Positions 40,425-50,176 of a DNA stretch of 64,000 nucleotides are shown in pieces. Position 1 is the stretch's first letter. Each line of letters starts with the position of its first letter. The stretch is from Gemmatimonadota bacterium. Lineage in GTDB: Bacteria; Gemmatimonadota; Gemmatimonadetes; JACCXV01; JAHWKZ01. Under the pieces are notes generated by a model that did not search any database, was not told the origin of the DNA, and worked only from the letters and a program-made list of their open reading frames with translations. The translations under genes and the position numbers were made by a program. The DNA is taken from contig JBHEOA010000058.1 in NCBI GenBank assembly GCA_046261835.1, positions 763 through 64,762 of the forward strand, read 5' to 3'.

Positions 40425-40908
40425 ATGATCGTTTCCCCCGTCGATCTCAGACTCGAGCGCCTCGCCGACCACGTCGACCTCCTAGCGACGATCGCGCGGT
40501 GGCATCACGCCCAGTGGAGCGCCCTATATCCCGGGCTGACTCTCGAGGCGAGGGCCGAGCTGATCGGGCGGCGCGCAACCCGGAGCGGGATCCCCACCGC
40601 GGTTGTCGGGCTTGTGGGGAACGAGCTATCCGGCTCGGCCAGCCTGGTCGAGAGTGACATGGACATCCACCCGGAGATCTCGCCCTGGCTCGCCAGCGTC
40701 TACGTGCACCCAGGGTACCGGAACCGGGGGGATCGCCAGCGCGCTGGTCGGCGAGATCGAACGGATCGCCGCGGCCGAGGGAGTCGGGACTCTCTGGCTC
40801 TGGACCCCCGACCGTGCGCGCCTCTATGCCCGCCTCGGCTGGACGACCGTCGCCTGCGAGCCCTACCGGGGGGTCGAGGCCAAGATCATGCGCAAGGAGC
40901 TCACATAG
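40425..40908 (+). CDS. GNAT-family N-acetyltransferase with +1 G in a 6-G homopolymer (40726-40731)
   Basis: Removing one G joins ...VHPGYRNRG to IASALVGEIERIAAAEGVGTLWLWTPDRARLYARLGW, giving a standard GNAT motif A/B. Confidence 0.55.
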
Positions 40909-40981
40909 AACCGATCCGTCCCCTACGCCAGGATCGCCGACCCATTGCCGAGCCCACTCGTTCAACGAGAATTTGTTCCGC

Positions 40982-41584
40982 GTGAATCTCCCCCCACATC
41001 GAACGAAGACCGCCGTCTTCCCCATTCTCCTACTGGTCGCACTAGGAGCGTCGTGCGGCCCGGGGGCGCGCACGTCGGTTGAACCCGGCGCTTCGGGATC
41101 TCGTCCTTACGTGGATGCCGACGTCCATTTCATGCGGGGGATGATCCACCACCACGCGCAGGCCCTCGTCATGACCGACCTGGTTGCCGCTCGCACCGAG
41201 AATGACGACATCCGCCGCCTAGCCCACCGCATCGAGATCTCGCAAAGAGACGAGATCGCGCGTATGAGGCGCTGGCTCGAATCGCGCATCGAGACGGTGG
41301 AGGATCACTCGCACGGCGACCTCATGCCCGGTATGCTCACGGATGAGGAACTAGACCAGCTCGCTGACGCGACCGGGGCAGAGTTCGACCGGCTCTTCAT
41401 GGAGTACATGATCCGTCATCACGAAGGTGCCCTAAAAATGGTGGAGGATCTCTTATCGACTGAAGGTGCGGGCAAGGAGGCGGAGCTCTTCCAGTTCGTA
41501 TCTCACGTCGACGCCGACCAGCGCGCGGAGATCGCGCGCATGCGCGCAATGCTGAACACATCGACACAGGGAGGCACCGAATGA
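40982..41584 (+). CDS. DUF305-family (ferritin-like) lipoprotein
   Basis: GTG start; lipobox LVALGASCG; FMRGMIHHHAQALVM...FMEYMIRHHEGALKM duplicated DUF305 motif. Confidence 0.65.
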   Translation: MNLPPHRTKTAVFPILLLVALGASCGPGARTSVEPGASGSRPYVDADVHFMRGMIHHHAQALVMTDLVAARTENDDIRRLAHRIEISQRDEIARMRRWLESRIETVEDHSHGDLMPGMLTDEELDQLADATGAEFDRLFMEYMIRHHEGALKMVEDLLSTEGAGKEAELFQFVSHVDADQRAEIARMRAMLNTSTQGGTE

Positions 41585-43332
41585 GGTCGAGATCGAAGAT
41601 CGTTGCAGCCACGCTGGTTTCGGCCACGCTGGTCACTGCCGAGGCCCGTGCGCAGGAAGGCGGGACCGTGGATCCGCGCGCGGCACTCAGAGCCGGCATC
41701 CTCGACGCGGGCGAAGCCGCCCACAACATGGAGCTCGTGGCGACCGTGCCCAAGCCTGAGGGCTTCTACGGGCCGGGCGGAGAGGCCGACATCCTGTTCG
41801 CGAATTCCGACCTCGCCTTCCGCGGCGATCACGTCTTCGTCGGCAACTTCAACGGATTCAACGTTTACGACATTTCCGACCCGGACAATCCGGAGCTCAA
41901 GGTGTCGGTGGTCTGTCCAGGTGGGCAGGGTGATCTCTCGGTACACGGCGATCTCCTGTTCATGTCAGTGGAGATGCCCAATGCCCGGATCGACTGCGAG
42001 CAAGGGACATTCGATAACCAGCCGAGCGACGAGCGGTTCGGCGGCGTCCGCATCTGGGACATCAGCGACCTCGAGCAACCGGAGCAGGTCGCATACATCC
42101 AGACTTGCCGAGGATCGCACACGCACACGCTGGTGACGGACCCGAACGACGACGAGAACGTATACATCTACGTTTCCGGAGCGGCTCCGGTCCGGTCGGC
42201 CGAGGAGCTGCCCGGATGTTCGGGGGCCGAACCCGACCAGGACCCGAACTCCGCGCTCTTCAGGATCGAGGTGATCCGGGTGCCGGTCGACGATCCCGAG
42301 AAGGCCGAGATCGTCTCGACCCCCCGCATCTTCGCCGATCGCGAGAGCGGCGTCATCGCGGGACTCTGGCCGGGCGGCGCTCATGGACCAAATACGCAGC
42401 AGACGGCGCGGACCGACCAGTGCCATGACATCACCGTCTACCCCGACATCGGGCGCGGCGCGGGTGCCTGCTCCGGCAACGGGATCCTACTGGACATATC
42501 CGATCCGGTGAACCCGGTGCGGACCGACGAGGTCATCGATCCGAACTTCTCGTATTGGCACTCCGCCACCTTCAACAACGACGCCACGAAGGTCGTGTTC
42601 ACGGACGAGTGGGGCGGCGGGACGGAGGCGCGCTGTCGTGAGACCGATCCACGGGAGTGGGGAGCGGATGCGATCTTCGACGTGACCGAGGACGGTCTAA
42701 AGCTGGCGAGCTACTACAAGCTGCCGGTCCCGCAGACGGCCGAGGAGAACTGCGTCGCCCACAACGGCTCCCTGGTTCCCGTGCCTGGCCGGGACATCAT
42801 GGTGCAGGCCTGGTACCAGGGTGGAATCTCGGTCTTCGACTTCACCGATTCCGAAAACCCGGTCGAGATCGCCTTCTTCGACCGCGGTCCGATCAGCGCG
42901 GATGTGATGGGTCTGGGGGGTACGTGGTCGGCCTACTGGTACAACGGCCACATCTACGTTTCCGAGATGGCCCGTGGCCTCGACGTGCTCGGGCTGACGC
43001 CGAGCGAGCACCTGTCGCAGAACGAGATCGACGCCGCGAAGCTGGCGGTGGTCGATGAGCTCAACGTTCAGCACCAGGAGCGGATCATCTGGCCTGCGAG
43101 CGAAGTGGTCGTGCGCGCCCTCCTGGACCAGATCGCCCGCGAGAGCGCCGAGAACGCCGCGGGATTCACCGCCGAGCTCGACCAAGCCCTTGCGCGCGAC
43201 GGAGACGAGCGGCGCGCTGCCCTGACTCAGCTCTCCGATGGGATCGAGGAGCATGTCGGCGAAGCGCCGGCCGAATTCAGAAACCGGCTGCGCCTCATCG
43301 TCTCAACGCTCCGGAGGTTGGCAGAGGAGTAA
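41581..43332 (+). CDS. LVIVD-repeat beta-propeller secreted protein
   Basis: Signal peptide. Repeated G..L.V.DIS.P motifs (GFNVYDISDPDNP, GVRIWDISDLEQP, GILLDISDPVNP, GISVFDFTDSENP). ATGA overlap with the DUF305 gene, a commonly seen pairing. Confidence 0.65.
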   Translation: MRSRSKIVAATLVSATLVTAEARAQEGGTVDPRAALRAGILDAGEAAHNMELVATVPKPEGFYGPGGEADILFANSDLAFRGDHVFVGNFNGFNVYDISDPDNPELKVSVVCPGGQGDLSVHGDLLFMSVEMPNARIDCEQGTFDNQPSDERFGGVRIWDISDLEQPEQVAYIQTCRGSHTHTLVTDPNDDENVYIYVSGAAPVRSAEELPGCSGAEPDQDPNSALFRIEVIRVPVDDPEKAEIVSTPRIFADRESGVIAGLWPGGAHGPNTQQTARTDQCHDITVYPDIGRGAGACSGNGILLDISDPVNPVRTDEVIDPNFSYWHSATFNNDATKVVFTDEWGGGTEARCRETDPREWGADAIFDVTEDGLKLASYYKLPVPQTAEENCVAHNGSLVPVPGRDIMVQAWYQGGISVFDFTDSENPVEIAFFDRGPISADVMGLGGTWSAYWYNGHIYVSEMARGLDVLGLTPSEHLSQNEIDAAKLAVVDELNVQHQERIIWPASEVVVRALLDQIARESAENAAGFTAELDQALARDGDERRAALTQLSDGIEEHVGEAPAEFRNRLRLIVSTLRRLAEE

Positions 43333-43363
43333 CCTTCACGAACATGGACAAGGAGATTCGCGG

Positions 43364-43642
43364 TTAGACTCCCGAGAATGGGGTGGGCTCGGCCTGGAGC
43401 CAGCCGCCGTCGGGACCCGGCCGTGAAACCATGAGCGTCTGGGCGTCGAAGTCTTCGTCGTAGGTCGAGAACCAGAGCGCGCCGTCGACGGGATCGATCG
43501 CGGGGAAGGTCTCGTGCCGATCGTCGAGGGAGACGACGCCGGGCTGGACTTTCTCGGGTTCCTGCGCCACGAGGGGGCCGGCGAGCGTCGCCGAAAGCGC
43601 GCCGGTGAAGAGCCACGCCGCGGCCGCCGCGGCGAGCCTCAC
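43364..43642 (-). CDS. Small secreted protein (GTG start overlapping typA stop)
   Basis: VRLAAAAAAWLFTGALSATLAGPLVAQ signal-like N-terminus; GTGA overlap with typA. Confidence 0.35.
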   Translation of the reverse strand: MRLAAAAAAWLFTGALSATLAGPLVAQEPEKVQPGVVSLDDRHETFPAIDPVDGALWFSTYDEDFDAQTLMVSRPGPDGGWLQAEPTPFSGV

Positions 43643-45513
43643 CGCGCTGCCAGCGCCTCCAGCCGTCGCTCTGCGCGCTTGCGGTCGTTCTGGTCGAGGA
43701 TCGCCTTGCGGACGCGCACCGACTTCGGTGTCGCTTCGACCAGCTCGTCCTCGGCGATCCACTCGAGCGCGGCGTCGAGCGTGAGCTCGCGCGGCGCCTT
43801 GAGCCCGACATCCACCTCGCGCGTCGACGAGCGATGGTTGGTGACGTGCTTCCGCTTGGTTGGGTTGCACGGCAGGTCACCCGGCCGCGCGCTCTCGCCG
43901 ACGATCATGCCGGCATAGACCCGGTCCATCGGCCGCACGAAGAGCGTCCCGCGCGCCTGGAGGTTCTCGAGCGCGTACGTCGTCGACTCGCCGCTGTGGA
44001 GCGAGATCATCGCCCCCCGGTCGCGGTGCTCGACTTCCCCACGCCAGGGCCCGAACGCTCGAAACCGGCTGGCCATGACGCCGAGGCCGCGCGTGTCGGT
44101 CAGGAACTCGGTGCGGTAGCCGATCAACCCGCGCGTGGGGATCGTGAACTCGAGCCGCACGAGCCCCGTTCCGTGATTGTGGACGCCGGACAGCTCCCCC
44201 TTCCGTCGCGCGATCTTCTCGTAGATCACGCCCTGATACTCCTCAGGCGCATCGATCACCAGGTCCTCGATCGGCTCGAGCACCTCGCCGTCGGCCCTCT
44301 CGTGCGTGATCACCTCGGGGCGCGAGACGCAGAGCTCGATCCCCTCGCGCCGTATCTCTTCGATCAGGATCGCGAGGTGGAGCTCCCCGCGACCGGAGAC
44401 CTTGACGCCATCGGGCCGGCCCAGGTCTTCCACCTTGAGGGCCACGTTGACCTTGGCCTCACGCTCGAGGCGATCCTTGATCTGGCGCAACGTGACGGCC
44501 TTCCCCTCACTGCCGGCGAGAGGCCCCGAGTTCACCAGGAAGAGCATCGACACGGTCGGCTCCTCGATCTCGAGCGGCGGGAGGGCGGAGCCCTCGAACG
44601 ACGGATGCGACAGCGTATCGCCCACCCCGACATCTTCGAGCCCCGCGATCCACACGATATCCCCGGCCGTGATCTTCTCGACCGGCTCGCGCTCGATCCC
44701 GCGGGTCGTCCACAGGTGGGACGAGCGCCCGTTCTCGCGCGCGGCGATGCCGAATGAAGCGCGCTCCTCGTCCTCCCACCGGACGACGGTGCGGACGAGG
44801 GGGTCACCGGCGCGGTGGGTTCCCTGGAGCACTCGGCCACACCCGATCCGGCCCAGGTAGTCGCTCCAGCCGAGCGTCGAGACCTGCATCCGGAATGGCG
44901 CATCGAGAATCACCGCGGGCGGAGGTACATGATCGACGATCGTCTGGAACAGCGGGGCCATTCCATCGCGCGCATCGTGGAGCTCGCGCATGAACCACCC
45001 ATGGAGGCCCGAGCCGTACAACACCGGGAAGTCCGCCTGCTCGTCGGTGGCCCCAAGCTCGATGAATAGATCGAAGGTGTCGTGGAGCGCCTCGTCAGGG
45101 CGTGCGTTCGGCCGATCGACCTTGTTGAAGATGACGATCGGCTTGAGACCCAGGCGCAGCGCGCGCATCAGGACGTACCGCGTTTGGGGCATCGGCCCCT
45201 CGTTGGCGTCGACGAGAAGCAGCGCTCCGTCGACCATCGACAGCACGCGCTCGACCTCGCCCGAGAAGTCGGCGTGCCCGGGCGTATCGACGATGTTGAT
45301 CCGGTACCCCTCCCACTCGACGGTGCAATGCTTCGAGCGAATCGTGATCCCGCGCTCGCGCTCGAGGTCGTCGGAGTCCATCACGCGCTCCGCCACGTCG
45401 GCGTTTTCGCGGAAGGTGTGCGCCGCCCGGAAGACCGCGTCGATCAGCGTGGTCTTGCCGTGATCGATGTGCGCGATGATCGCAAGGTTGCGGATGCGTT
45501 CGGGCGCCGGCAT
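43639..45513 (-). CDS. typA: Translational GTPase TypA/BipA
   Basis: IRNLAIIAHIDHGKTTL...DTPGHADF...NKVDR G-domain, and BipA-specific C-terminal domain. Confidence 0.9.
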   Translation of the reverse strand: MPAPERIRNLAIIAHIDHGKTTLIDAVFRAAHTFRENADVAERVMDSDDLERERGITIRSKHCTVEWEGYRINIVDTPGHADFSGEVERVLSMVDGALLLVDANEGPMPQTRYVLMRALRLGLKPIVIFNKVDRPNARPDEALHDTFDLFIELGATDEQADFPVLYGSGLHGWFMRELHDARDGMAPLFQTIVDHVPPPAVILDAPFRMQVSTLGWSDYLGRIGCGRVLQGTHRAGDPLVRTVVRWEDEERASFGIAARENGRSSHLWTTRGIEREPVEKITAGDIVWIAGLEDVGVGDTLSHPSFEGSALPPLEIEEPTVSMLFLVNSGPLAGSEGKAVTLRQIKDRLEREAKVNVALKVEDLGRPDGVKVSGRGELHLAILIEEIRREGIELCVSRPEVITHERADGEVLEPIEDLVIDAPEEYQGVIYEKIARRKGELSGVHNHGTGLVRLEFTIPTRGLIGYRTEFLTDTRGLGVMASRFRAFGPWRGEVEHRDRGAMISLHSGESTTYALENLQARGTLFVRPMDRVYAGMIVGESARPGDLPCNPTKRKHVTNHRSSTREVDVGLKAPRELTLDAALEWIAEDELVEATPKSVRVRKAILDQNDRKRAERRLEALAAR

Positions 45514-45614
45514 AAGTCTCGAATCTGTCGCGGTTTCGGGCAAAAAAGAAGCGCCCCGGGTGGGCGCATCGTGAACTACTTCAAATATACCGTTCCTTTA
45601 CCTCCGAAGCCAAC

Positions 45615-46580
45615 CTAGACCGACCCCAGCAGATCGGCGACCTGTTCGGGGTCCTCCTTCAGGTCTCGCCCGGCGACGAGCCGAAAACTCTCGGTCTGTG
45701 ACGCCAGCTGGCTCACCACCTCGAAGTGACGCGGGATCGCCTCCGAGTCCAGCGTGAAGACCAGGCTCTGGGCGAGCAGTCGAGGCACGGCAAGCATCGG
45801 ACTCAGCGGTACGAGCCGGCTCTTCTTCGCCGAGGTGATCTCCGGAAAGAAGAGCAACCGAGGCACGCAAGACTCGACCCCGCGGTCCGGGAAGAGCGCA
45901 TGCATGTCGAGCCGCCGCTTCCCCACATGGGGATCCACGCCCCCATGCTCGCCTACCTCGGGAAAGCTGCGGGCCAGCGCCGGATCGAGGTAGAGATCCC
46001 GCCGGAGAGGCAACGCTTCCACTCGGCCGTCACGGCATCTCAAGAACACAGCGTCGTCCGCGAGATACTTCCACCCCCGCCGTACGAGGCTATAGGTGTG
46101 GGTGGACTTGCCGCTTCCGCCCGCGGCCACGAACAGGTAGCCGACGCCTTCCCGAATTACCGCAGAAGCGTGAAGGCCGTAATACCCCCGCCGCCTCATG
46201 AGCAGCAGGAGGCTGTAGATGAGGAGATCCTCGCGCACATGGGCCGGCTCGGGCGGGAGCACTCCTTCCGCGACTCCCGCCTGAGTATCGAGACGGATCG
46301 AATGATTCTCACAGCTGAGATGGATCCAATTCCCCTCCACCCGAGCATGAATGCTGTCGACCTGGGGAGGGCCCTGCGCCTCCTCCGCTCCAGAGGCCAC
46401 CGGTGAGTGAGCCGAGAGCCGAAGCACGATGCCATCCTGATTCGGTACCGGATCCGAGGGGATGAAACCGAGGCTCTCGAGAAGTCTGTGAACGGCTCTC
46501 TTGACCGGAGGACTGTCCGCTCGCAGATCGAGCTGAAGACCGTGCAGCGAGTAACTCTCTCGAATGCTATCCACCATCAA
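45615..46580 (-). CDS. HPr kinase C-terminal-domain-like P-loop protein (HprK-related kinase)
   Basis: GLHASAVIREGVGYLFVAAGGSGKSTHTYSLVRRGWKYLADDAVFL matches the HprK C-domain P-loop. N-terminal ~130 aa unrecognised. Confidence 0.55.
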   Translation of the reverse strand: MMVDSIRESYSLHGLQLDLRADSPPVKRAVHRLLESLGFIPSDPVPNQDGIVLRLSAHSPVASGAEEAQGPPQVDSIHARVEGNWIHLSCENHSIRLDTQAGVAEGVLPPEPAHVREDLLIYSLLLLMRRRGYYGLHASAVIREGVGYLFVAAGGSGKSTHTYSLVRRGWKYLADDAVFLRCRDGRVEALPLRRDLYLDPALARSFPEVGEHGGVDPHVGKRRLDMHALFPDRGVESCVPRLLFFPEITSAKKSRLVPLSPMLAVPRLLAQSLVFTLDSEAIPRHFEVVSQLASQTESFRLVAGRDLKEDPEQVADLLGSV

Positions 46581-46655
46581 GACTCCGCGAGTGATGATGA
46601 AGTATATCCCGTCGTGATAGGACGGACCTTCGCGGGACGACGGCGCACCAGCACC

Positions 46656-47231
46656 TCAACGCTCCATCACGATTCCAAGTGCCCGAGCCGCGTCGACGAC
46701 CGCTGGATGTTCGACTGCGAGAGGCTCAGGCTCGCTGTGCTCGATCGCCGTATCGAGCCGGTCGCTGAACAGGACGACCGTGTGCCACTCCCCGAAGAAC
46801 GCCGACCACCAGCGAAGCCCCCACCACCCTGCCGCGTGAATCGTGGCGGCAATTCCCTGAGTGACGTGCCGCTGCCGCGATGCGATCCGGTCGGGCGCCA
46901 GATCGAGCTCCACCAGCGTACCGGGCTCGCACAGGTCGACGACCCGAGCTCTCTTGGCCTCGGTCAGGGTGAAGCCTACGAGCGCGAGCTGCTTCGTTTC
47001 GATGACGAGGTCAGCCGGCTCGAGCAACTGACCACGATAGCCCTGTATCCACTCGGCCACCGCGTGATCCGGCGTCTCCGCCAGATAGAGGACGCTGCCC
47101 ATCGTAAACGGCAGATCGAAGCGTCCCTCGCCTTGATCCGGCGGGATGAACGTCGGCGACCAGCGCATGCCTTCGCGAGCCTTCGGATCCCAAGGAAAGA
47201 CGCGCCACGCTACGGTGGCGGCCGGGCTCAC
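46656..47231 (-). CDS. RES-domain toxin (RES-Xre type II toxin-antitoxin)
   Basis: Size, position downstream of an Xre/DUF2384-like gene, 4-nt overlap, and conserved R..E..S-type layout. Confidence 0.65.
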   Translation of the reverse strand: MSPAATVAWRVFPWDPKAREGMRWSPTFIPPDQGEGRFDLPFTMGSVLYLAETPDHAVAEWIQGYRGQLLEPADLVIETKQLALVGFTLTEAKRARVVDLCEPGTLVELDLAPDRIASRQRHVTQGIAATIHAAGWWGLRWWSAFFGEWHTVVLFSDRLDTAIEHSEPEPLAVEHPAVVDAARALGIVMER

Positions 47232-47590
47232 GCGTAGGCGCCGCTCTTCAGGGCCTGGACCGCGGCCACGACCTCGGAGAGGTTGCCTTCACGGAGCACG
47301 TCGATTGGACGCCGATTTCCCAGATGGGCATTGAATCCCTCGAGCCATTTTCGGATGGACGTGGGCTGGAGGTATCCGGAAAGCAGCTCGACGACAGCGT
47401 CGAGGCCGACCAGCCGATCGGCGGCTTCCGGGCTGGGCTCGGTGCGTCCCTCTCGCCACCGGCGAACCTGGGAGCGGTTGACGCCGATCGCATCGGCGAT
47501 GGCGGAATCGGAGGGAAAGGCCCGCCGGGCGGACTCGATCCGGATGACGATCGGCGGGGCTTCCTTGCGGGCCGTCGAAGCGCGTGCCAT
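47228..47590 (-). CDS. Xre/DUF2384-like antitoxin of the RES-Xre pair
   Basis: HTH (AIADAIGVNRSQVRRWREG) and C-terminal DUF2384-like segment (KWLEGFNAHLGNRRPIDVL). Confidence 0.6.
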   Translation of the reverse strand: MARASTARKEAPPIVIRIESARRAFPSDSAIADAIGVNRSQVRRWREGRTEPSPEAADRLVGLDAVVELLSGYLQPTSIRKWLEGFNAHLGNRRPIDVLREGNLSEVVAAVQALKSGAYA

Positions 47591-47656
47591 GTGCAACAGT
47601 TTACGTTGCGCGCCGGGAAACGTCAACGGGGCCTCGGGCCCCCCGCCTGGCCAGCC

Positions 47657-48181
47657 TCAGCGCGGGATCGCCAGATCGACCGTGCCCGCCTCGACCTCCG
47701 CCACGCCACTGTCGGGACGCAGGTAGATCGCGATACGGTACCGACCGTCCGGGAGCCCGTCGTCCAGGATCTCATAGGCGCTCACCGTCGGCGTCTTGAA
47801 CTCGCGCGACTCGCCCGAGCGGAGCTCCATCTCGACCAGCGCCATAGTGCAGGCGACCTCGGTGGCCTGGTCCCAGACCGGCGTCGACTCCCCCGGGCGG
47901 TAGGCACGCAGAAGCACCACGCAGCCGTCGGGAAAAACGACGGTACGGGTCGAGCTTCCGCGATTCGTGATCGTGGCCTCCCCGACGAGCTGGACCGGGA
48001 AGGACTCCATGACCAACACGTCGCCGCTGTACTCCATCTCGTTCTGGACGATCGTGCCCGTGCGCGGCGCCTGGTCGCCGTCGCGGCCGCCATTGTCCGG
48101 CGAGGTGGACGACGCACACCCGGCGGCGAGCGTCGTCCCGACCCATCCGAGAATCATCGCCATCTTTCCTATTCGCTTCAT
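47657..48181 (-). CDS. Hypothetical lipoprotein
   Basis: Lipobox TLAAGC. Confidence 0.45.
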   Translation of the reverse strand: MKRIGKMAMILGWVGTTLAAGCASSTSPDNGGRDGDQAPRTGTIVQNEMEYSGDVLVMESFPVQLVGEATITNRGSSTRTVVFPDGCVVLLRAYRPGESTPVWDQATEVACTMALVEMELRSGESREFKTPTVSAYEILDDGLPDGRYRIAIYLRPDSGVAEVEAGTVDLAIPR

Positions 48182-48255
48182 ATGACTACTCCCATTCAGG
48201 TTATGCCGTTTATCTCAAGTGACCCATGATCTCATCTCGAAGCGCCCTCATCTCA

Positions 48256-48810
48256 TCATACCCCTGAGGTCCCGGCCGATTCCCCCTCCACCATCGTCGC
48301 GCGATCGATCCGGTCGAGTTTCGGGAACTCGCGGGCGAGATATACCTCTCCTTCGGTGTGAATCCGATCCTGCCGTGGCCCCTTACCCTGCGGCGGCCCC
48401 TCACCGTAATCGGAGTACAGGCGGTCGATCACGTCCATCCCCTCGACGACTTTCCCGACCGGCGCGAATCCCATGGAGTCGAGACGGGTGTTGTCGCGCA
48501 GGTTGATGAAGAGCTGAGTCGTGCGGGTGTTCGGTCCGGAGGTGGCGAACGTCAGCGTACCGCGCGTGTTGCTCGCCTCGACCGAATCATCGGGGATCGA
48601 CCTCCCGCGCCACTTCGCGGAGATCTTCGGATCAGCCGCGATCCCGAACTGGACGACGAAGTCGTCGAGCACCCGGAAGAACCGGGCTCCGTCGAAGTAT
48701 CCCGCCTCCACCAGCTCCCGTAACCGCTCGGCGCCTTCCGGAGCCCAGTCCGGATGCACCTCGACGATCACGTCACCTTGAGTCGTCTCGAACCGGATAC
48801 GGAACGTCAT
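48256..48810 (-). CDS. Cyclophilin-type peptidyl-prolyl cis-trans isomerase
   Basis: FFRVLDDFVVQFG...TLTFATSGPNTRTTQLFINL...GKVVEGMDVIDRL cyclophilin motifs. Confidence 0.8.
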   Translation of the reverse strand: MTFRIRFETTQGDVIVEVHPDWAPEGAERLRELVEAGYFDGARFFRVLDDFVVQFGIAADPKISAKWRGRSIPDDSVEASNTRGTLTFATSGPNTRTTQLFINLRDNTRLDSMGFAPVGKVVEGMDVIDRLYSDYGEGPPQGKGPRQDRIHTEGEVYLAREFPKLDRIDRATMVEGESAGTSGV

Positions 48811-48853
48811 GTCACTCAATCGACCTGCCTCGTGTGGAGTGATTCGAGCGTCG

Positions 48854-49726
48854 TCAATACAACTCCGCCAGCATGCAGCGGGCGCTGCCTCCGCCGTACG
48901 TCTCGATCGTTTCGAGATCGGCGCTGACGATTTTCACGAGGGCCTCGAGCACCCCGCGCTGCTCCTGCGTGAAGGTCCGCCAGGCTCGCTCCGACATCAC
49001 CAGAAAGCGATCGCCTTGCGCGTTCTCGAGCTCCAACGCGTTGGCGCAGAACGCGTGGAGCTGATCGAGCCCGATCTCGATCACGACCCGGCCTGAACGC
49101 GACAGCTCCTCGAGCACCCGGTGCTGGGCGTCAGTCGGCTCGATCGCAGCGATGCATGCGATCGCGTACCCCGTCCCCAGCGTCAGCACCACGTTCGTGT
49201 GGTAGATGACGCGCCCGTCGCGATCGCGCGCCGTGAATACCACCGGTCGGTAGCCGAACCGCTCGGCCCACGTCTCGACGAGCTCGGCGTCGGTGCGCGA
49301 GGAGGTACTTGCATACACGTCGCGCGCGGGCTCATCAATGACGAGGCTTCCGGTGCCCTCGAGGAAGCGGGCGCCCGCTTCTTGGGCCGTCAAGTCGACC
49401 GGCTCACCGTACCGGTCGCGCAGCCAGTCGACGATCGCGCGCGTCCGCTCGCGGCGGCGGCTGGGCGCCATCATGGGATAGAGGATCCACGAGCCCGAGG
49501 GATGGGTCGAGAACCAGTTGTTCGGGAAGACTGCGTCGGGGGGAAGCGCTCCGTTCGGGGCGAATGTGACGACTTCGATGCCCCGCGAGTCGAGCGCAGC
49601 TCGCAGCGCCCGGAACTCCTCGCGCGCTCGCGCTTCGACGACGGCGGGATCGCCTTCGGCCGGCGCCTGGAACGCATTGTCCAGCGCCGTCTCGGGGTTT
49701 GCGCCGAAGCCGATCGGCTCGACCAT
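48854..49726 (-). CDS. Amidinotransferase-superfamily hydrolase (DDAH/arginine deiminase-related, CtlX-like)
   Basis: C-terminal catalytic Cys motif ETYGGGSARCMLAELY and DDAH-like pentein fold length (290 aa). Confidence 0.6.
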   Translation of the reverse strand: MVEPIGFGANPETALDNAFQAPAEGDPAVVEARAREEFRALRAALDSRGIEVVTFAPNGALPPDAVFPNNWFSTHPSGSWILYPMMAPSRRRERTRAIVDWLRDRYGEPVDLTAQEAGARFLEGTGSLVIDEPARDVYASTSSRTDAELVETWAERFGYRPVVFTARDRDGRVIYHTNVVLTLGTGYAIACIAAIEPTDAQHRVLEELSRSGRVVIEIGLDQLHAFCANALELENAQGDRFLVMSERAWRTFTQEQRGVLEALVKIVSADLETIETYGGGSARCMLAELY

Positions 49727-49747
49727 GAGGACCGCGCGGGCCGGCAG

Positions 49748-50173
49748 CTAACCCACCTCCCGGTAGATCCAGGCACCGAGAATCGAGGCGAGCATAACCT
49801 CGAAGAATCCCCAGACGATGACGATCAGGAAGAGCTCGGTCGGCAGGAAGTCCCAGACGACGTTGCCGAGAAAAGGCCACAGCCATCCCAGGACCCAGAC
49901 CAGAAACCCCGCGCGCAGAGCGGTTCGAGGGTCCGCGCCGAAGCGCGGTCGCATCGCGGCATAGGTCCAGACGAGAACGAGCCCCAGGATGAATACCATC
50001 GCCGCCGAGATCGCGGCGTCACCGGGGCCGTAGCCTTCGATCCCGCGCGCCTGGCGCGCGGCGTCCCAGCGCGAGCGGAGCACGATGCGGTGGAGAATGT
50101 ACTCGCCCACGTCCATGACGATGCCGGCGATCGCCCCGCCGAGCGCCACGCGTCCGAGCCGTATCCCGTGCAT
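49748..50173 (-). CDS. Small 4-TM membrane protein, tandem paralogue 1 of 3
   Basis: Shared motifs G.VAG.V.N.GEY.L and WLYAAMRPRFG.GPKTA with the two upstream genes. Confidence 0.5.
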   Translation of the reverse strand: MHGIRLGRVALGGAIAGIVMDVGEYILHRIVLRSRWDAARQARGIEGYGPGDAAISAAMVFILGLVLVWTYAAMRPRFGADPRTALRAGFLVWVLGWLWPFLGNVVWDFLPTELFLIVIVWGFFEVMLASILGAWIYREVG

Positions 50174-50176
50174 GCG

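Noticed and set aside
45615-46580. Lasso-peptide / RiPP cluster around the HprK-like kinase
   Set aside because: No B (transglutaminase-like), C (asparagine-synthetase-like), PqqD/RRE or obvious precursor ORF adjacent.
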